Below, piece by piece: positions 1 to 12,336 of a stretch of DNA of 64,000 nucleotides. The notes under the pieces are model-generated. The model was not told the origin of the DNA, did no database searches, and saw only the letters and a list, made by a program, of their open reading frames with translations. Each line of letters begins with the position of its first letter. Position 1 is the stretch's first letter. This DNA comes from Octopus sinensis (taxonomy: Eukaryota), in NCBI RefSeq assembly GCF_006345805.1, contig NC_043004.1, positions 76,694,001-76,758,000 on the forward strand, written 5' to 3'. The position numbers and the translations under genes were made by a program.

Positions 1-33
1 GCTTTTGGATCCACACCCTGTAAATTATATATA

Positions 34-427
34 TTACTCTTTTACTCTTTTACTTGTTTCAGTCATTTGACTGTGGCCATGCTGGAGCATCGCCTTTAGT
101 CGAGCAAATCAACCCCAGGACTTAAGCCTAGTACTTATTCTATCAGGCTCTTTTGCTGAACTGCTAAATTATGGGGATATAAACACACCAGCATCGGTTG
201 TCAAGCGATGTTGGGAGGACAAATACAGACACAGAAACACACACACATATATATACACACATATACGACGGGCTTCTTTCAGTTTCCATCTACCAAATCC
301 ACTCACAAGGCTTTGGTCGGCCTGAGGGTATAGTAGAAGACACTTGCCCAAGGTGCCATGCAGTGGGACTGAACTCGGAAGAATGTGGTTCGTAATCATG
401 CTACTTACCACACAGCCACTCCTGTGC
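34..427 (-). mobile_element. tRNA-derived SINE family B, full length (head, CORE-like ggcaccttgggcaagtgtctt, internal TA/CA run, tail gactgaaacaagtaaaagagtaaaaga)
   Basis: A-box GTGGCTGTGTGG, B-box GAGTTCAGTCCC; many homologous copies in the window. Confidence 0.85.
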
Positions 428-1112
428 TATATGTACATCCACACACACTTTGTAACTTCTTTTGTATGACACATTATCCATTGTGTGGAGTTTTTGTTTG
501 TTTAGTGAATATACACTTTTACCAAACTCTTGAAACCTTTTGTATTTTGTTCAAGTATATGAAACCTACACCAAAAAACAAAGAGCTAGCATCTGAACTT
601 ACAGTATTATGGATATCTCTGAATGCATTTGTTTTCTTTGGTATGGAATGCTATTATATTAGTTATCAGTACTAAAATGATCTCCCTTTTAATTGAAAAA
701 AAAAGCATCTGACTTGAGTTTTAGATGAATTAACATCCTTTTCTATAATTCCTTTTTGTTTATAAATGACTGAAAATGGACTTCCATAATTTAATTTACG
801 TTACAACTTAATTAAACTGTAATGACTTACAAATCAAATTAAAGTTTCTTAAGAAGATTTTTAGACTAAAATTATTTCCTTTAGTTCTTGATATTATGAA
901 ATGGTTCAATAAGCAGTTAAAATGAATTTGTTAAATTAAATTTTATGAAGAAATGTTTTAATAAGTACTGTAAAAAGATCTTATGGAAATATTGATATTG
1001 CCTTTTGTTTATTTATTTGAACAGTGGTTTGCATCAAGTAATAAAGGAAAGATTATCATAACTTTTGCATCAGATACAGAAATTTATACATGTGTATGTA
1101 TATGTATGTATG

Positions 1113-1320
1113 AGCACAAACAAGGTTGTTTGGTCTCAACTGTGAGGCCACACTTTTCAACCATGTGGTTTCAGGTTCATTCCCATTGCATAGCACCTTA
1201 TGCAATGTCTCCTCTTATATCCTGGACCAACCTATGCCTTACGAGGGTATTTGACAAAAGGAAACTGGAAAAAGCCCATATGCACACACACACACATATA
1301 GGTATATGTGTATGTGTATA
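1113..1320 (+). mobile_element. Degenerate SINE B head
   Basis: caggttcattcccattgcatagcacctta...ggaaactggaaaaagccc. Confidence 0.6.
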
Positions 1321-1797
1321 TGTCACTTGGCTGACAAAAATGAACAGAACCTGTAATTCAAAAGGACCAGCCTTGTCACATTCTGTGTCACACTGAATCT
1401 CCCTGAGAACTATGTTAAGGGTATGCATGTCTGTGTAGTGTTCAGCCATTTGCATGTTAATTCCACAAGCAGGTTGTTTGGTTGATTGTATCAACTGGAA
1501 TGCTCATCATCATAACCAACAGAGGGCCAGGCCACATGTATAAAACAAAGTTTGCAAACTACACAACATATTTAGATCACATCTGAATTTGTTCCACATC
1601 CACTCTTGACTCATCTCTCCTCCTTTGTATTATTCAGCTCCTTGGCCTTTAAACTAAAACTTACTTAAATTTTATTATTTTTTTTGTTTTGTTTTTCATT
1701 GCAGTTTAGAATAGTTTGGATGGAGAAAGCAAAAAGAACTCAAAACTTTGTAAAATATAATTGAAATAAAGAAAACGAAATATGAAATGTTGCATAC

Positions 1798-2027
1798 CTT
1801 GCTGTTTAAATTCAGCAGCGGCTGCCTTCCCGATAATTGTCCACACAGGACGCAGACACCCAAGCAACCCTTCAAAGAAGCTGCGTTGGTTACCATCTCG
1901 ATAGCCCACATCAACTCCATTAGTAGTGTCATGTGTGGGTGTTACTGGTGCTGACTTTGGTGAAGCTGTGGGTGTACTGCTGGAGGAGGACTTGTCGGTA
2001 AGGCTGAGGTGCTCCAGCTGTAGCATG
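1798..2027 (-). CDS. MAP3K13: Second coding exon of the DLK/LZK-family MAP3K (MLQLEHLSL...SFFEGLLGCLRPVWTIIGKAAAAEFKQQ)
   Basis: FFEGLLGCLRPVWTIIGKA matches the family motif FLEGLFGCLRPVW(N/T)(I/M)IGKA that precedes the kinase domain. Acceptor tctttcctcttacag|C ATG at 2029-2028; donor CAAG|gtatgc at 1797. The phase-1 G fits the Asp/Glu that follows KQQ in the family. Confidence 0.93.
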
Positions 2028-2307
2028 CTGTAAGAGGAAAGATTACATTTACAAAACATTGAATTTCAAATGGTTAGCTTTGTATAAATCTCAGTCTAAA
2101 GGGAATATATTTACCATCTAAAATGACATGTAAGCTAAATAATATGTATTATATATAGGGTGGGAGAAAAGTAGGCATGCAGTTATAAAAGTTATAATTA
2201 CTAATAATTATTTTATCATAGAAAGAATTAGTTAAAAACAACATAGAAGCATAGATTTCTTATTCCAAAAGAGAAATAGAGAAATGAAGAGAACATTCCA
2301 CTTATAT

Positions 2308-2339
<32 letters not shown>

Positions 2340-3348
2340 TGTGTACAGTGCTCAGGTGCACTACAACTCATCTATATGTAACTGTATACCTGATTTTGTC
2401 CACTCCTGTATTAATTTCTTTGTATTAATTTCATATAATACATTTTAAAAATAAATATTTAAAATATCATTTGAGAAAAATCAGTAATGTTATGTGGAAA
2501 ATGTATCATAAGGACAAATTGTAAACCAGTAATAAGAAATATGAGTAGAAGGAAAAGAGAAAAGGTTAGCTCAATGAAACACAAGGGTTCAACCACAGAA
2601 GTTAGTGATTCGTGAATGATAATTTTATTACTAGCATTGTATTCCCAAATATGGTATCTTTGAATTCACTTGTGACATCTGTCTGTCAAATACATTCTGT
2701 TCATTATCTTCAAGCTTCCCTAATTGCAGCTGGCACTTGTAGGATAAAAACATAATCTCTTTTCTGTCACAATATGAAAGAATTTGTGAGAGTTGTCAAC
2801 ATATCTCAGTCAACCTGAAATGTAACTGAAGACAACAATAAAGAAAGGAAGGCCAGGAAAGCAGATGACTTTCAGCTGCAGAAAGTCTAAAACTAGAGGC
2901 TTTATGATTTATTACTTCCTTAAATCCAAACAATAAAGAAAGCTGGTAATCCATGATAACTAGTTATCAAGTTCTGACCACCTATAAGGGCAATAAAATC
3001 ATTATTGATAACATGTAGAGTGGATAATGTAAATAGCAAGGATCTAACAGGATTATTCTGATGGTAGACAAATTTGGGTTGGAAACAAACAAATTTTTGC
3101 ATAAATCATTGTTAATGTTTTTGAAGTGAATGAAAAATGTTGAAGAAACATTGTCTTTTTTTTTTAGCACATAGAGCAAAAGAAACATAGAAACACAACC
3201 ATCTTCACACAAAAAGGAAAAAAACATATATATATATGTAAAAAAAAGGAACACCTTTGCATTCATCAGAAGTGTGATGCTAATCAGTAATGAAACAAAG
3301 ATTGTAAAAGAAAGATGAAAAAGAAACGACCATAATGTAATAGTGAAA

Positions 3349-3602
3349 GATTGAGGCCAAGTGGTTAGGGTGTTGCACTCCTGATCACAAGATCATGGTT
3401 TCTATTTCCAGACTAGATGATGCATTGTATATGAGCGAAACACTTCCATTTCATGTTGTTTCAACCCACTCAGCCGTGAATGATTAACCTTGCAATGGAC
3501 TGGGGTCTTGTTGAAAGGAAATGTTGTAATCTTGGAGTCCTAGGACATGAGACAGTAATGCTCAGGCTTGGGGATGATGATGATGATGATGACGACGACG
3601 AC

Positions 3603-3634
<32 letters not shown>

Positions 3635-3650
3635 CGATGGCGACGACAAC
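3349..3650 (+). mobile_element. tRNA-derived SINE family C2 with a (GAT)n RTE-type tail
   Basis: ggccaagtggttagg head. Relatives at 13064-13355, 13540-13790, 23270-23500(-), 47410-47580(-), 54365-54600 and 55735-55980(-). Confidence 0.72.
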
Positions 3651-4204
3651 AGTGTAATAGATCTGTGATCCAAATTTAACAAAGAGATTGAGTAAGAGCA
3701 TCTTAACAAAAGTATTATATGTATAAGGATATTTTCTTTTTATCTCAGAGTAAGCCAATTGTAATTATTTGGACATTATGCTATTGGTAGATATAGAATG
3801 GAATTAATAATAGTTTTTGAACTCATGGTACATTGAGGAAGATGAATAATCAATAGCATAAGCAGTGAATAAATGCATTGATCCTGATTATCTGTTTATT
3901 GGTCTGTCTGAATCCTTTTGCTTTTATCTCTTATTTGTTTGCATACTAACTGGGTAAAGGACAAGATAATGATATACAAAATTCAGAAAAATAAATAATT
4001 TTACTTTTAAGAATTGGACAATTAATGTCAGCGATAAATTGCAGAAAATAACATTAAGCTACTAAAAATACAATGCTCGCCACATTGTATAACATAATTA
4101 TTACTGTCAAGATGAAAAAAAGACATTTAAAATTGTTGTGGTTTTATAATTGTCATGTTGCAATAAAACTAAATATACCTGCTAAAAATATAGTGTTCTA
4201 GTTT

Positions 4205-4410
4205 TTACTAATTTTGGCAAAAGGCCAGCAGTTTTGAGAGGAGGGGAACACGATTACATTGCCCCCCAGTGCTCAATTGGTCCTTATTTCATCAAACTCA
4301 AAAGGATAAAAAGCAAAATCGTCCTTAGCAATATTTAGACATAAAGAACTGGAAGAAACACTACTGAGTATTTTGTCTGGTGCAGTAATGATTCTGCTAG
4401 CTTGCCACTG
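4205..4410 (-). mobile_element. Degenerate SINE A
   Basis: Recognisable tail and head cores. Confidence 0.65.
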
Positions 4411-5299
4411 TATACCGTGTTCTAAGAACAAAAATAAGAAATAGTGTTAGTTACAGTATTAGATTCCAAGAGAAACTCCTTTCCTTTTCTGTAGTATTAA
4501 AGTTTGCAGCTTCCAGTAATAGACATTTTTAGCTGTGATAAGTATTTGCCACTATACTATTAATTAACAAAATGTTTTAGAGAAATATGAAATGGCATTT
4601 TATTCAAGGATTCATAGAAAAGCTTAAGGCTATCAGGAAATATAAGCAACCATTCCACTTAATTTAATGGTTTGTTGTTGTTTAGCCCTTGTCAGTCCAG
4701 GATGAGTAACCTATGATCACAGGTACTTCAATTATAATCATCTTGTCTCTCTTCTGTTTTTTTTTTCTTTCTTTAGTAGAGTGTACTCCAGACTGCAATG
4801 TTCAATGTAGACTTTTTATGAAAAAACAAAATGGTGTGGTGTGGTGTGGTTTTAGAGAGATACCACTGCTACTTTTAGCAGGTCAGATGATGATAGAGAG
4901 GTTCACCCATTATTGTTGTCAGCAACTTTACAGTCAGCCTCTTCCCTGTGATTGCTTATGTCATTCTCTTTCTCTATTTCACTGTCATCACCATTTTAAC
5001 ATAAACTTCATTGAAAATGTTTATATTTACATTGACAAAAGACCTCAGATTTATGAGTAAAAGGGGAAATAAGGCTGTATAATGTCCATACCACCTGAAA
5101 CTGCTCAGTGGGAGCTTACCTTGCCACATTTTTTTTTAAAGATATTGATACAACTATAGCAAAGATAAATTTTAAGATAAGTCAATTAGAAATATAATCA
5201 CTGACTCAAGTTTTGATATAGAAAATTATGGATGAAAAGTCTGTCAGCAGAATTTGAATAAAAAGGGAAATGAAAATCATTATCATAATAATGCTTTTT

Positions 5300-5548
5300 A
5301 CTATAGGCACAAGGCCTGGAATTAGTGAGAGATTACATTGACCTCAGTGTTTAAGTATAGGCACAAGGTCTGAAACTGGGAGTTGATTACATCAACCCCA
5401 GTGTTTAACAGGTATTTATTTTACTGACCCTGAAAGGATGAAAGGCAAAAGAGGACTTGGCAGAATTTGAACTCAGAATATAAGGATGGACAAAATACCT
5501 CTAAGCATTCTGTCTGGTGTACTAACAATTCTCCAGCTTGCTGCCTTG
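5300..5548 (-). mobile_element. SINE A with a duplicated 3' tail segment
   Basis: ataggcacaagg occurs twice about 55 nt apart. Confidence 0.72.
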
Positions 5549-5864
5549 GAAATCACTTTAATAATCTACTATAATAATACTCTTGCATTTTTCTGTCACA
5601 ACATATGAATGGGAAAGGAAGGGGTGATAGATGAAAAAGGAAGGAATGGGTGATGGCAAACTGGTGGGATGGTGAACATTCAATGCTGAAAAGAAAGATC
5701 AGTTTCAACTCTGTATGAGTGCATGTGTGTATGTGTGTGCGTGTACAAGGGAAGTTTGTGAATATATGTGAACAATGACAAGTGTATTAATTTGATTTAC
5801 CATCCATATTTATATATAGAATACTAGAATTAGCCATCACTTTTGACGGCATGGGGCCAACTAG

Positions 5865-6085
5865 TGATTTGATAATTTAAGCACAAGGCCAATAATTTTA
5901 AAGGGAGTGGGTTTAATTGATACAATAAAATTCCACTACATGACTGGTACTCTATTTCATCAGCTCTGAGAGGATGAAAGCAAAACTGACCTCAGCAGGA
6001 TTTGAAGTCAGAATGTAAAGAGCCAGAAGAAATACCACAAGGCATGTTCTCCGATGCTCTAAAAATTCTGCCAGCTTGCCATCAT
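5865..6085 (-). mobile_element. Degenerate SINE A
   Basis: gcacaaggcc...ggatgaaagcaaa...attctgccagcttgcc. Confidence 0.7.
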
Positions 6086-7024
6086 ATTTGCAACAACAAC
6101 AATAAAGATGATACAATATTGATTATATTACACTATATTTCACTCAGTATAATCTTCAGACATAATATTCCCCTATGAGTATACACATTCTTGGATAAGA
6201 ATTTTTACTTGTAAACTTTTATTTGTCATTTGGGGTTTTAACATTGTTACCAATAACGATAATGCACAAACCTAAGTGAGGCACAATGTGCACAATGTAA
6301 ACAGAAACACAAAAGAGAAAGTTATGAGACCAATCAATAGGATTAAACTATTTTCCACATCCCTAAAAGCACAGGGCCTGTCTGAAATAACAAATATCAA
6401 ATACACACACACATACACGCACACATACATGCACATATATTTATGTACATACATACATGCACACACGTACACATATATTTCATATTCAGGAAGGAATGTT
6501 CATAGAGCTGTTTACAAATTAATTGAGAGTAATAAAATTCTGCAATGTTTACGGTATTTTTTTAATATTATTTGGCATTTTTTCTTCTTTCCCTACATTT
6601 ATATATAAGGCATTTATCCAAATCTAACTGAGCATTTTCTAGTTGCTGCACAGCTTTTCATACTGAAACTTGTACTTTTTTCAGTATTGATTAGATAAAC
6701 AACATAAATCAATAATATTCACAAAGGCTGGCATAGTTTTTTTTTTCCAAAATAAAATTATGATAGCAATAATCTATTGATAGATCTGAGAAACATATTC
6801 AAACCTGGGAGTAGACTGTATTCATTGCATGGGTGTCGAGAAATAAATCATGCAAGATTAGTATTGTTTGTACTTGCATTTAGTTTTTAAATGTCTCATT
6901 AAAAATTTAACATTTTACATTGGTTTTAAATTATATTAAAACAGAATAAGATAAATAGTTATTAATTATATAAAATAGTTTGGATAGCAAAATAAGATTA
7001 TGAAGATGAGGATAATAATAATTG

Positions 7025-7580
7025 TTTCAAATTTTGGCAAAAAAACCAACAACATTAGAAGTGGGAATTGGTTGATTACATTGACACCAGTATTAAACTG
7101 GTATTTTATTTTATTGACCCCAAAAGGATGAAATGCAAGGTTGGCCTTGATGAAATTTGAGGTTAGACTACAAAAACTGAAATAAATAGCATAAAGCATT
7201 TTGTTTGATGCACTGATGGGTCAGCCCACCCACCACCTTCAATGATAATAATAAATAATTCCTTCTACTATAAGCACAAGGCCTAGAATTTGAGAGGAGG
7301 GAGCTAGTCCATTATATCAACCCTAGTACTCAACTGGTACTTATTCTATCAAGCCCATTAGCAGGATTTGAGTTTAGAATGCATAGAACTGAAATAAATA
7401 CCACTTAGCATTTTGTTTGATGCACTGATGAGTCTGCCAGCTCACCACCTTTGATGATGATAAGGAGGATTTGGAACAAAGACACAAAGCCAAGAAACTT
7501 TTGATTGACTCAGCACGTGACTTGTACTTATTTGCTTGACCCCATCAAAGCTGACTCTAGCAGAATTTGAACTCAAAATA
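7025..7580 (-). mobile_element. Head-to-tail cluster of three older SINE A copies
   Basis: Repeated caaggcc...gaatttgaactcag...ctgccagc cores separated by AAT/GAT repeats. Confidence 0.75.
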
Positions 7581-7602
7581 TAAAGGGAAGCCATAAAATA
7601 CT

Positions 7603-7816
7603 CTTTCCTACTCTAGGCACAAGGCCCGAAATTTTTGGAGAGGGGTCCAGTCAATTAGAGCGACTCCAGTATGCAACTGGTACTTAATTTATCGACCCCG
7701 AACAGATGAAAGGCAAAGTCGACCTCGGCAGAATTTGAACTCAGAACATAAAGACAGACGAGATGCTGCTAAGCATTTCATCCTGTATGCTAACATTTCT
7801 GCCAGCTTGCCACCTT
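7603..7816 (-). mobile_element. SINE A, common tail (aaaatttcgggccttgtgcctagagtaggaaag)
   Basis: Full-length; TSD 7584-7602 and 7817-7835 (17/19). Confidence 0.88.
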
Positions 7817-8651
7817 AGGGAAACCATCAAATACTATTGCGGAAGCAATTCTACCACTCACCACTCTCTCAGTCACTAACTACTCTTAACCCTCTCAGAC
7901 CTGGGCCCCTGTACCTAACTTTACTTTCCACCTGGTCCTCTGAGCAAAAAAATAAACAGTTGCATATACAGCTCAAGAGTAACGATGCAGGCAAACTAAC
8001 GAACAGAATTAGCTCTATCTTCTTTTTCTCTGTGTGTTGTTAATTACCACTTTACTGGGAATCTAGCAGAGATGATGTTTAGCCTATTCCTGTTATAGTA
8101 GGGTTATAGAGTGACAGGGTTAATAAAAATGATTTCTAACATAAGAACAAGACAACAAATTTTGGAGAAAAGTACAATTGATTATATGGAACCAGTACTT
8201 GACTGTTGCATCACTGATATTAATGCCAGCTTGCAATTTGACAGGAGTTGATTGTGCCATAACAGTGTGGAAGATATCAGTTGTATCATCAGTAGCTACA
8301 CAGAAATGTCTGCAAGATACTGCCTTCCTCTGTGGCATGACAGTGTTGCTGAGATGGTCCACAATGCTATATGCATGTAGGATTGCTCTGAAGGCCATAA
8401 CAAAAGCACGACAGGGACAGAAAGTAGCCACACTTTAAAAATAAAGAACACTACTCTGAAACACTCAGATAAAAACAGCAACCCAGTGTAAGCACAACAA
8501 GTCAGATATAATTGCATGGGATATGGAGGAAAAGTCATGCACCATTGTAGAGATCAGTAGCCCAGAGGATGTGAATGCCTATTTAGAAAATGGAGAAAAC
8601 GAGAACATCTATGGAGAACTGAGGAGAAAACTGCAGCTCTTATATCAAGGC

Positions 8652-8879
8652 AGCAAGCTGGCAGAATCATTAGCATGCTGGGCGAAATGCTTAGCGGTAT
8701 TTTGTTTGCCGTTATGTTCTGAGTTCAAATTCCATCATGGTCAACTTTGCCTTTCATCCTTTTGGGGTTGATTAAATAAGTACCAGTAACACACTGGAGT
8801 CGATGTAATCGACTTAGTCCCTTTGTCTGTCCTTGTTTGTCCCCTCTATGTTTAGCCCCTTATGGGCAATAAAGAAATA
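8652..8879 (+). mobile_element. tRNA-derived SINE family A, Tx1-like tail variant
   Basis: A-box TGGCAGAATC, B-box GAGTTCAAATTCC, tail ...tttagccccttatgggcaataaagaaata. Exact TSD cttatatcaaggc at 8639-8651 and 8880-8892 (the last 3 nt may belong to the SINE head). Confidence 0.9.
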
Positions 8880-9214
8880 CTTATATCAAGGCTATAAATC
8901 TTCATTTGTTCCTATTATTATAAGTTCACTGGGCTATATGCGAGAGAGGGAGAGAGAGGGGGGCGAGGTGAAAGAGAGAAATAGATAGAAATGTACATAT
9001 ACACTCACACATGTGTGAGTGCACACATGTACACAAACACAAGTACATTTAACCTTATAGGAAAGAAGTACTCAATACAAAAGTAAAGTGAAATCATTTA
9101 TTGTAGTGTTGAGACTACAAATGTCACTGTTCATATGAACAACGTTCATGAAACTAGCAACAGAGTAATCTCAGCACTGAGGTGTTCCTCTGTGTGTGTG
9201 TGAGTGTGTATACA

Positions 9215-9420
9215 CAGGTGTGGCTGTATGGTTAAGGAAGCTTGCTTTCCCACCACATGATGCCAGGGTTAGGGTTAGGGTTAGGGTTAGAGACTGAGTG
9301 CCACCTTGGGCATGTGTCTTCTACAATAGCCCTGGGCTGACCAAAGTCTTGTGAATGGATTTGGCAGGCAGAAAGTGAAAAAAGCCTGTTGTACATGTGT
9401 GTTTGTGCTTGTGTCTATTT
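9215..9420 (+). mobile_element. SINE B head carrying a telomeric-repeat insertion
   Basis: caggtgtggctgtatggttaag...ccaccttgggcatgtgtcttct. Confidence 0.82.
9265..9290 (+). repeat. Interstitial telomeric repeat AGGG(TTAGGG)3TTAG
   Basis: GGG runs at 9266, 9272, 9278 and 9284. Confidence 0.95.
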
Positions 9421-9820
9421 GTAATGTAAAACATACACAGCAACAAAACTGGCCAGTTTTCTCAGCTGCTGCATATGCAAGGCAAGTAGTTCTGAAACTG
9501 ACAAATAACAGGACTCTCCACTACCTCCAAGACCAAAATATTAGAGAAATTTTCCGTACCTTTTTTTCTTTATTCATGAAAAAACAAAATATTGTTTACA
9601 TACACAGAATTCTTCTTGCTTCACCATGACACTGGAGAAGTTATAAAAGTTAAAAACTCATTTTAATGTTATTAACTAAACATGGTAAATTGTCCACCCA
9701 TTTTACGATCAGAACAGACCAACCCACCCACACTCACCTTGAGACTTATCCAACTTATGCCAATACGGCAAAATGGAGATGTGATGATGATGATGATGAT
9801 GATATAGTGTAACTAGGGAA

Positions 9821-10033
9821 GGCGATGAGCTGGCAGAATCATTAACACTATAGACAAAATGCTTAGCGGTATTTTGCCCATCACTACATTTTGAGTTCAA
9901 ACTCCACTGAGATCAACTTTGCTTTTCAGCTTTCTGGGGTTTATAAATTTAGTACCAGTGAAACACTGGGGGTGATGTGATCGATCATACTCCTCCCATC
10001 AAATTTCAGGCCTTGTGCCTTTAATAGAAAGGA
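9821..10033 (+). mobile_element. SINE A, common tail
   Basis: ggcgatgagctggcagaatc head to ggccttgtgcctttaatagaaagg tail. Confidence 0.85.
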
Positions 10034-10687
10034 TATAGTAAACATAATGCTACATCATCCAACATGTCTTTTTCTGTGGTCTGAAGGTAATTTAGTTGCT
10101 ATTTCTCAAGTGGAGAATCTCTTGTTGACCAACCAATAGTTATCATTTTGTTCTTATTTTGGCAGGTATGACACCAAGATCTCGATAACTTGCATTTATA
10201 ATCCAGTTTTGGTGAAAAAGCATTTCCTATATGGTTCATATATTCCTAAAAACCTCAGTTGAAAGCCTGTTAAAACACAATTAATATTATTATACTAATT
10301 CAAAAGATTTTAATCTTAGGTTAATAAAAAAAAAAGAAAGCTTTTCTCATTTTTTTTTTACTGTTTTTGCTTACCACCATTAAGACACTTTTTTTTACTT
10401 TTCTTACCTGCTCTTCTCCTAAGTGAGGAGGGAAATATTCACTACTTCACCTAAAGCACTGTAAAACACTAGTGACACTATATAACTCGTGACTCTAGCC
10501 CACTTACGTGATGCTTGTGTGTGCCAACTGAGTGGGTTTCAGTGCTATTATATATTTCTTTCTCTCTAACTATATATAGTATATTTGATTAGAGAGCTGA
10601 TATTTTCCAAATCATTATAGATTGTAAAGCAAAGAATATGAAAAGATAGCAAAGGACTTTAAATGGTACATTCACTCTTCCTATAGA

Positions 10688-10725
<38 letters not shown>

Positions 10726-12104
10726 ACCTCACTCACTCACTCTCTTGTTTATCTGCTTGTAAGTTGAGAACTAGTTTGCATCAATAAATAAAGTTTGAGG
10801 CAATTGATTTCTGAAGCGAAATTGGTGAGCTGAAAGATATATTGATTTGTAAGTTCTGCTACTACAAATAACTAGATTGTTTCCTAAAACAACCACTATC
10901 ACAGTGGAAAGATCTATTAAACAGATATTATAGGTTGAAATCATGTTATGATCATAACATAAAATTATCAAAAATACAGATATTGTTAGAAAAAAAATCA
11001 AACCAAAATTTTCAGAAAATAACAAGATTGATTTAAACAGTTATCTACATTGTCATGTAACAGATATACACACACACACACTCTCTCTCTCTCTCACACA
11101 CACTCATATATAAACACCAACCTTATTTTTTGGATAAACAAATATGAAGTCTTATTTTTATATTCAGTTGTTGTTGTTTAGTCTCAGGCCAATCCTTATC
11201 TAGTAGACAAGATTGGCTTTGATCATGATGAAAGGTACTCTAGCCACGACTGTCATCATATTAGGGGTACCATGGACTACATTATACAATGTATCATTCC
11301 TTGTTTAATAGAAATGGCAATTTAGAAGAGTCATTATAGCATTTGACAGAATACTTTGCAGTATTTGTTCCAATCATCTGTGCTCTGAGTTCAAATCCTG
11401 CCAAAGTCAACTTTGCCTATCATTCCTTTGGGGTTGATGAATAAAAGTACCAATCCAAGCTTGTGAAGTGGTAAGACTGTAAAAACATAGGATAAGATAT
11501 CTTGTGGATTTTATTTCCAGCTCTTTGCATCTTGAGTTCAAATCCTACTGTAGTCAACCTCGATAACAGACTGAACCCGGCACTCTGGGACCTTTTGGGA
11601 AAGTTCTACATGAGCCATATTACCAGTTTGAGGATCTAGCAAACAAAAGTGATCTAATTAAATGACACTCAAGCCATAACCATCATCTTTCTCAACTACA
11701 TATAATTCTATAATTGCTTTCAAATCTTTAGTTATCCTATGTGATCACATAACTATTAATGTAGTTTTAATTTATCAGAATGTTTTGTTCATTAAGTACC
11801 ATTCAGTTTTCATGCAGAGTGGGGGAAACTTGAGTATTTTCCTCAAAGTCTTTACTTTTAAATTATCACTCCACTCAGTGTTAATTCACTTATAAACCTA
11901 TACATCTCTCTACTCATTTTTGTCTTTTAGTACAGTAAAATTATGCTTTATTCTTTACTGAAGAGGTTTAATAAGACTGAAATATGACTGGAGTTGTCAC
12001 CATACTACCTAGATCAGACTCAATTATCTATGTTAGATTTTTAAAATTAATTTTAATTAAAATTTCAGTGATGTCTCTCTTGTGTTTCTTGATATGATTG
12101 ACTA

Positions 12105-12336
12105 GGGCGGCAAGCTGGCAGAATCGTTAGTACACCGGGTGGAATGCTTAGGGGTATTTCGTCTGCCACTACATTCTGAGTTCAAATTCTGCCGAGGTCG
12201 ACTTTGCCTTTCATCCTTTCAGGGTTGATTAAATAAGTACCGGTTACACACAGGGGTCAATGTAATCAACTTAATCCATTTGTCTGTCCTTGTTTGTCCC
12301 CTCTATGTTTAGCCCCCTGTGGGCAATAAAGAAATA
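12105..12336 (+). mobile_element. SINE family A, Tx1-like tail variant
   Basis: Full head, body and tail ...agccccctgtgggcaataaagaaata. TSD gattgac at 12096-12102 and 12337-12343. Confidence 0.9.

Noticed and set aside
34-427. tRNA genes
   Set aside because: A/B boxes belong to SINE heads; no complete cloverleaf seen anywhere in the window.
1706-2059. ORF-track ends MFCKCNLSSYS and GMQHFIF...
   Set aside because: They lie outside the splice sites at 2028 and 1797, so they are intronic.
3470-3758. Poly-D, poly-S and poly-I ORFs
   Set aside because: (GAT)n SINE tail; the same applies to 43157-43490 and 46772-47050.
8120-8438. Minus ORF with LQAGINISDATVKYWFH, faintly like a Tc1 helix-turn-helix
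   Set aside because: No DDE domain or TIRs visible; too weak without an HMM search.
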